From: Sphaerodactylus townsendi
Taxonomy: Eukaryota
Direction of reading: 5' to 3'
Assembly: GCF_021028975.2 (NCBI RefSeq)
Contig: NC_059439.1
Span: forward strand, 30,752,001-30,816,000
Length of the DNA: 64,000 bases
Part shown: piece by piece, positions 57,355 to 64,000 of the stretch
Layout: the number at the start of each line of letters is the position of its first letter
Numbering within the stretch: the stretch's first letter is position 1
Translations under genes and position numbers: made by a program
The notes under the pieces: generated by a model
The model's database searches: none
Seen by the model: the letters and a program-made list of their open reading frames with translations, nothing else
Told to the model about the DNA's origin: nothing

Positions 57355-59577
57355 ACCTAGAGTGAGGAGATATTATGTCATGGGTGTGTGTGGGGGGGAT
57401 AAAGGGTGGCGTGCAGAAGAATGCCTTTTGGGAAGCCATTTGAAGGCACGTTCTAAAGAGCACCTCTGTTTGTTTTGATGAATCCAAAATATTTATCCGT
57501 CCCCTTATTCTTCATTCACCGTACCTTATGCATATTGGAATGGCTACCTTTGAGGAAGGGCTGTGGGTCACGAACAGTACATCTGCTTAGCACACAGAAA
57601 GTTCCAGACTTAGTAACCAGTTATAAGGGACGAGTTGTAGGTGAAAGACCGCCACGTGAAGCCCTAGAGAATCACTGCCCGTCAGGGTAGAAATGCTTGA
57701 CTTCAGTGGATCTGATTCACTATAAGGCAGTTTTGTGTGTCTGCCCAAGATATAAACATATATGTAGAAAGCCTTCATCCACTGCCCAGATCTGCAAATA
57801 GTGGAAACGGCATTAAAGGGTAACTGATCTGTGTTACGCAATCTCAAACGTGTGCCTCTGCTCTTGATGGGTCCTCACCCACTTTTCAAACCTGATTGCT
57901 TCTGGTGGGCCTGCTTATTGGTACAGGAGCCACAAGAAGGGTTGTATGAGCTGGCCATTGAGTCTGGAAATGAGTTAACGTGAGAAGCGTGGAGTGCTGG
58001 TGGTTTAGGAATGCCATCCACCAGGTGGGACTTGAAGATCTCTCGGTATTACAGATGACCTCCAGAATGCTAAGATCAGTTTGCCTGGCTTCTTTGGAGG
58101 GTAGACTCCATGGCCATGTATCTCATGAGCTCTGCCCCTCCCCAAACCCTGTTTCTATTAGCCCCAGCCCCCCAAACTCTGGATATTTCCCAACCTAGTG
58201 CTGGCAACCCTACCTTGGTTCAAGACACATTGAAATAGCAAGTTATTATAACTGCGTGGTGGTGATATACCTGAGCAGAATTCTTTTAAGGAGATGAAAA
58301 TGCATTGGGTTCGCCATCAAGGCCCAGGACAGATCTCTGGGCTGTGGTATATCCCAGGGAGCATAAGCCTTTTGCAGTACAATATTTACAGAATCTATTT
58401 CTTAATCTTGGTGCATTCTTATCCCAAAATGTATTTGTTAGACTCAGTGTTTTCAGTTATGTGTCAGCCGCACAACTCAAATTTGAGGAGAAATCAGTGC
58501 ATCCCGGTTTGGATAATTCCCTGGTATTTAGAAAGGGGGTGAGGGGAGGAGGGACTTCAGTCTCTTTGCCCCATGGATGTTTTGTGTGTTCTTGAGATTA
58601 TTATGAAAGTGTGATAGATGAACAGGAGGAAGCAATTTGGGAAGAAGGAAAGCATAAACCAAGTAGGGTATAACGAATGCAGATATTTGGGGGAGGGACT
58701 GTTTGTCATATAGAGGAAGGGAACCTCTCTGATGCAGAGGCAACTCCCTCCCTGCACACCAATAACCACAAAGCAAAAGTTGCACATTAATACCAACACA
58801 CACACCCCCTGCATTTTGAGCCCACTGCAGTTTTGGCAAAGGGGTTGACCGGCAGAGAGCCCAGGCACTGGTCTGCTAAAGAGCCCACTGCCCCTTTAAG
58901 AGGCTGTCCGCTCCCTCCCCCATGCCTCCATTTTCCCATCTTCTCCATCATCCCCTTTCTGCGCATCATTCCTGCAGCATCACAGTTTCTAGTTCCTTCC
59001 CTTCTTCCCTCCCCCTTCCCTGGCCCTTGGAAGCAGGAGTCGGAGCAGCCACCGGCCGCTGCTGGGGGACTTTAAGGAAATGATTGAGGTAGGATATCGG
59101 GAGATGTTTGGTTTTGCACAAATATAGAACTTGCTGATGCACATTCCCCTGCAGTCCTCTTTTGCGCCCTCCTTTACTTTTTTATTGCTTCCCGTTGCTG
59201 TGTCATGTCATCTGTCTCTGTTCCCATCTCCTTCCTAAAATCACTGTTCCCCTCCACCCCTCTCCACATACTGTTATTGTTCGGTCTCTCCTGTTTGCAC
59301 CAATAATCGCTTCTCGTTCCTGTGCCTCGTTGGCCTCATATCTGTCCAGATTGATCTCTTACAAATCCATGCCTACCCCCGTCTATCACGTGCAGAGGAT
59401 TTTATTTTCAGCTGCTATTTGAGAGTGCTGTTGGTCACAAAAAGCATTCTGAATTGTGAGGGTAGGAGTGGCTCGGGGGGCGGTTAAGTAAGAGCGTTAG
59501 GGGACATGATGTGGCCGTTTAACTCTTAAGCGTGGCCCGGTTCTTAAGCCTTGCCTTTCTTCTCCTCCACAGCTGTT

Positions 59578-60219
59578 ATGTACGCTGAACCATCCACCAT
59601 GAATTTCCGGAACCACGGCTTTTTCCGCCGTTCTCCGCCCCCTTCAGTGACCAAACCGTCCCCTACCGCTGGGAACGCTCTGTCTGTCTTAGGAGGCATT
59701 GCCCAAATCTCGCCCTGCCTCTACCTCTGCTCTGGCAATGCAGCATCCAACAGACACATGGTCTACTCCAGGGCAGTGACTTGTGTGGTGAATGCTACCA
59801 TGGAAATCCCCAATGCCAACTGGCCAGATATTGACTACGTCAAGGTGCCTGTTCCTGACCTTCCTCACGCTCCGCTCTCCTTGTACTTTGATTCTGTGGC
59901 CGATAGGATACACCAGACCGGGAAGAAGAATGGAAGAACCCTCGTCCACTGTGTGGCAGGCGTCAGCCGGTCTGCCTCCCTCTGTATTGCCTATTTAATG
60001 AAATATCACCGGTTGAGTCTCTTGGATGCCCACGAGTGGGTGAAGAGCAGGCGGCCTGTCGTGAGGCCCAACGTAGGCTTCTGGAGGCAACTCATAGAAT
60101 ATGAACGGAAGCTGTTCGGCAAGAACACTGTCAAGATGGTGCCCTCGCCCATTGGGTTGGTCCCAGATGTCTATGAAAAGGAGACCCGCGGGCTGGTCCC
60201 CGTGTGGAATTTAAGATAG
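59578..60219 (+). CDS. Dual specificity protein phosphatase 14-like (atypical DUSP14/18/21 family), 213 aa (206 aa from ATG 59599)
   Basis: Single coding exon after acceptor ctccacag (59572); GGIAQI, VNATMEIP, VPDLPHAP (general acid D), HCVAGVSRS, AYLMK, RPNVGFWRQLIEYE, PDVYEKE; intact catalytic motif. Confidence 0.93.
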   Translation: MYAEPSTMNFRNHGFFRRSPPPSVTKPSPTAGNALSVLGGIAQISPCLYLCSGNAASNRHMVYSRAVTCVVNATMEIPNANWPDIDYVKVPVPDLPHAPLSLYFDSVADRIHQTGKKNGRTLVHCVAGVSRSASLCIAYLMKYHRLSLLDAHEWVKSRRPVVRPNVGFWRQLIEYERKLFGKNTVKMVPSPIGLVPDVYEKETRGLVPVWNLR

Positions 60220-60913
60220 ACGCTGGGTAACTTTGGGGAGATGGTTGGGTGGTGGGCTGGCTGGAGTTAGGATCAAAATGTTCCACCATGGTAGGACCTT
60301 GGTATGACCTTCCAACATGGTGGACCTTGATAAGGAATTCTGTTATGGTTAGTCTTTTTGTAAGGCCTTGCAATATTAGATCATGGGAAAGACTTGATTT
60401 ACTTGGACCTTCCAGTGTGGTAGACTTTGATGGTTCCACTGGGGCAGACATCACTAGGAATGTCACCTTGCTTATTCTGAGAAGATAGTTAAGAACAATA
60501 AGTATAGGGAATAAAGATTACTATCTAAAACAAGGACACCAAGATCTTAATAAAGCACCTCTCCCTAGTTAGGAGGCGAAACATGAATCTTTTGGAGACA
60601 GTGTCACTACTCCCAGCTACTTCCTAGCAATGGAAATTGAAAATATTTTTATTTTTCAGTGAACACAATATACATTCTCCCCGTCCTCCTCAGGGAGTGA
60701 TATTTAAGCACCAAGGTGATATAAACCCCTGTTAATGTTACTCCAAACATTCAAGGAGCGCTGCATCAATAGTTGGCCAGAAATCAGGAACCTAAAAATG
60801 ACTTAAAAGAATCCAGTGCTAGAGGGAACGTTGAAAAAGGGAGGGAAACTGATATAAACGCTGGTTTTCACTGAACAGGCTGCAATCTGGTCCATAAATG
60901 ACATGAATACTAT

Positions 60914-61042
60914 GGCTGATTCCGCATGGGCCAAAAACAGCAGTGTGAAAACGGTGTGAAAGGGTTCAAAACGGTGTAAAAGGGTTTATACTGTTTTCAC
61001 ACCATTTTCACACTTCTGTTTTTGGCCCATGCGGAATCAGCC
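60914..61042. mobile_element. PIF/Harbinger-like palindromic MITE
   Basis: TIR GGCTGATTCCGCATGGGCCAAAAACAG; TSD TAT. Confidence 0.75.
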
Positions 61043-63269
61043 TATGTTTCAGTAGAGTGTTCCAACTCAGGGAGGAGAATCCAAAAGGACTGAGGGAAAA
61101 GGAAGGGAGAATTTTAATATTACCTCAACACCAGAGCCCACCCAAAGCTGGGGAGGACATATGGCACCAAAGAGGACACAGTTTAAATGGAAAAGGGTAG
61201 TGGTTCATAGATACCTCTACTTCTGGCACTAGGAATTACAGTTTAATATAAAAAAAAACCAACCCATCTTATCTCTGCTCCTCAAGGCCAACAAATTGCA
61301 AAGGGCCCTGGTAGCGCGTGGGTGGGAAGAGGGGAGTTTTCTAAACATTTCACCCGCAAAGAAGCACATTTCCAAAGAGAATAACCTACCCCTGGAAACT
61401 GACAGAAGCAAAAATCCATTCAGAAGAATAGTAAAAGCAGCAGCATTCTGAGCAGTGAATTTAATATCTGAAGCAGCAGCTCGGTGTTTTAAACAAAGCT
61501 GTGCGAGGGGTGAATTTTAAGCAAAACGTGACAGTTCTACTTGAAGAGGAGCTCCACAGTAATGGCACAAAAAGGGAAAGATACACTCTGCAGCTGTAGG
61601 CATTTTCCACGGAAACGTACTCATCGTGTGTAACATTTCAAAATGGTGCTGACAAGAAGACCAGGCTGCACCTAGAAGCTGAGCCGAACCAGCAGACATG
61701 TTATTTCAAGCTGCATATGTTGTTTTGATGCCTGGTTGTTTCTTTTTTTTGGTAAGATGCCGACTCCCAAGTTTTTCAAAAGGATTGTTGAAAGGCTCAG
61801 ATTTGCCGTTCAGATCCCCACTTGAGGAAGTTTAAAGCAAACTGCTGTTTTTCTATGAAGGAAGTTCTAGAATGAAGAAGTTGCACATCCTTTACCAGCC
61901 TCTGTCACAATCAGCCCCTAGTACAACTCTTCCCCCCCCAAAAAAGTCTTGCCATCTTGTAAACAGGGTTATTGTAGCATTCTTAAACATTCATGAATAT
62001 TCCTACGACCATATAAGCAGTAGCAGGTTGAAATCTGTTTTCTTTGAACAACTCAGTACATTGTGTCCTAACATTATTTTGGCTTTTTTAACCCGATATA
62101 TCAGAGTTCCAGCGCAGTGAAATAAGCTGCTAGATTAATGTGATCTTTGCAAAGAAAATGTCATTTCTAAGCCAAATCTTTGCAAAAAAATAATGAACTA
62201 AGCCACTTGGGAATATGTTGGTTCTTATATATTGCAGGCGAATAACTGCTCCCCCAACCCACCCACCTTCCTGTTTATGAATAAGTTGAAGTATCTTCAT
62301 TACCTCCGCCTGAGAAAACAGGCAGACGGTATTTGGCAAATTGGATCTTACGACTTTCAAAGCGTAAGCCATATTCCCCTTTCCCTCCCTCAAATATTTT
62401 ATTATTTTACTTTGTTAGAAGAATACGGGGGGTGTCATGTAACAAAACCCCTTCAAAATATTTTACAGAAAACTCGTATAACTTTTTGTAGACTAGAGTC
62501 TTATTGGGTCAAATATCTATCCTAAATTATTGGGTCAAAATTAATAGCAGCAGCTGTAAGTTGACTCCAGGAAGGAACGTAAGCTGTCATACTAATGTAG
62601 TTTTTTAAGCAACACCCTCCAAGTATGTTCCTTGGTCTGTAGCCTGTGACTAGGAATATACGAAGCTAGATTAGTAGAGAGTTGAGAAATAAAGCCAATT
62701 AAAGGTACCTGAGAGCAAGACTGCGGTTCAGAGATTTTTCAGACCCCCGAATTCACACATTTCCCAGAATCTACACCTCCAAACCACCATCTGCTTGAAG
62801 TCTGTTTTTCATCTCTTCAGGCAGAGCAAGGTTTGGGAGCTGAAAACTGCTGGATTTTCCCCCTCAAACCATAGCAAGTTCATCCTTTCCATTTAAGCAC
62901 AGAATGTCTACGTTAGAAGGCTCTTAAAACAGCTGGCATCTGAACAAGGGGGTTAACGTGCTATATAGACAAATGTTTAAGCCAGCATGTAGCACTGGTT
63001 AATGTAAGAGTCATTGTAGCCATACAGAACATTTCCCTCCCAAAGTAGGAATTGGGCCCATGAGGAGAATTTCAGCTCTCATTAAGGGGCAGTTGGTTGA
63101 CACGGGTCACAGCACAGCGGGTCTTTTTCCCCCCAATTGTTACGTATACATATCTATAAATATTTAAAACCTATGCCTTTCTGTATAGTTTGTACATAGT
63201 AGAGGATTAAATGCGGGAATCTATATTAATTAAAGCTAGGGTTTCTTATGGCTTCAGTTCAAAGATCTT

Positions 63270-63279
63270 AATAAATAAA
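63270..63279 (+). terminator. Candidate distal poly(A) signal of the DUSP14-like gene (proximal AATAAA at 60510 and 60549)
   Basis: AATAAATAAA preceded by an AT-rich tract with TGTA motifs. Confidence 0.4.
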
Positions 63280-63588
63280 CGTTTTAAAACCGCTATGATG
63301 CCCGCTTTTGTGAAAGAATCCTCTTTTTCTTGGCAAGAAGACAAAGAGACACGAGAAGGGGAGTTGATTCTTGGCGAAAGGTGTTCTCAAAACAGCTGTG
63401 CAGGGAAAACATTCCGTTCAAAGGCTTTGGTGGGCGAGTGTCAATCCTGGAAGTCTATATTGAGTTACTTAGACCAAAAAGTCTACAGCTAAAGACAGTT
63501 TATCACACTTTGCCCCAAACATTGCACATAACATTATAAAATCCTTATTTTGCTGTGCTACTTCTCCCAAATCTGTACATTGTATTTA

Positions 63589-64000
63589 GAGAAGAGTTTC
63601 GGATTTGCACCCCACCTTTCTCTCCTGTAGGGAGACTCAAGGTGGCTTACAAGCTCCTTTCCCTTCCTCTCCCCACGACAGACACCTTGTGAAGTGGGTG
63701 GGGCTGAAAGAGTCCGGAGAGAACTGTGACTAGCCCAAGGTCACCCAGCGTGAATGTAGGAGTGCAGAAACACACCTGGTTCACCAGACAAGCCTCCTGT
63801 AGGGAGACTCAAGGTGGCTTACAAGCTCCTTTCCCTTCCTCTCCCCACAACAGACACCTTGTGAAGTAGGTGGGGCTGAAAGAGTCCTGAGAGACCTGTG
63901 ACTAGCCCAAGGTCACCCAGCAGGAATGTAAGAGTGCAGAAACACACCTGGTTCACCAGACAAGCCTCTGCCACTCAGGTGAAGGAGTGGGAAATCAAAC
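63589..64000 (-). mobile_element. Squam3-like SINE with a 172-bp internal tandem duplication
   Basis: 63625-63796 repeated at 63797-63968. Confidence 0.85.

Noticed and set aside
59551-60219. Naming the phosphatase DUSP14 outright, or using the TTG start at 59551
   Set aside because: Synteny argues against simple orthology; 59551-59572 is the polypyrimidine tract and acceptor.

Overview
Vertebrate (squamate, most likely gecko, judged from the repeat families) genomic DNA syntenic with human 16p11.2. Five protein-coding genes could be built exon by exon from GT-AG boundaries and reading phase. They are KIF22 (minus; 5' part, runs off the left edge), PAGR1 (plus; 3 coding exons, 220 aa), ASPHD1 (minus; 3 coding exons, 326 aa), SEZ6L2 (plus; 18 coding exons, about 952 aa, with an apparent +1 frameshift in exon 2) and a single-coding-exon DUSP14-like phosphatase (plus) that has no counterpart at human 16p11.2. 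KIF22/PAGR1 and ASPHD1/SEZ6L2 are head-to-head pairs. Introns and intergenic DNA are dense with MIR-related (Squam3-like) SINEs, non-autonomous hAT elements with 8-bp TSDs (including SPIN MITEs), Penelope fragments carrying hammerhead-ribozyme motifs, CR1/L2/RTE fragments and two minisatellites. There are three N gaps. Best leads: a possible lost-in-mammals DUSP14/18 ohnologue with a perfect RFX X-box promoter; a chimeric SINE retrocopy that captured about 280 nt of SEZ6L2 intron and stops at the foot of a MITE hairpin; two unrelated hAT families inserted at the identical 8-mer of two SINE copies; and one palindromic MITE core carried by several different TIR types. Comparisons to human proteins and repeat consensuses are from recall, not from a database search.
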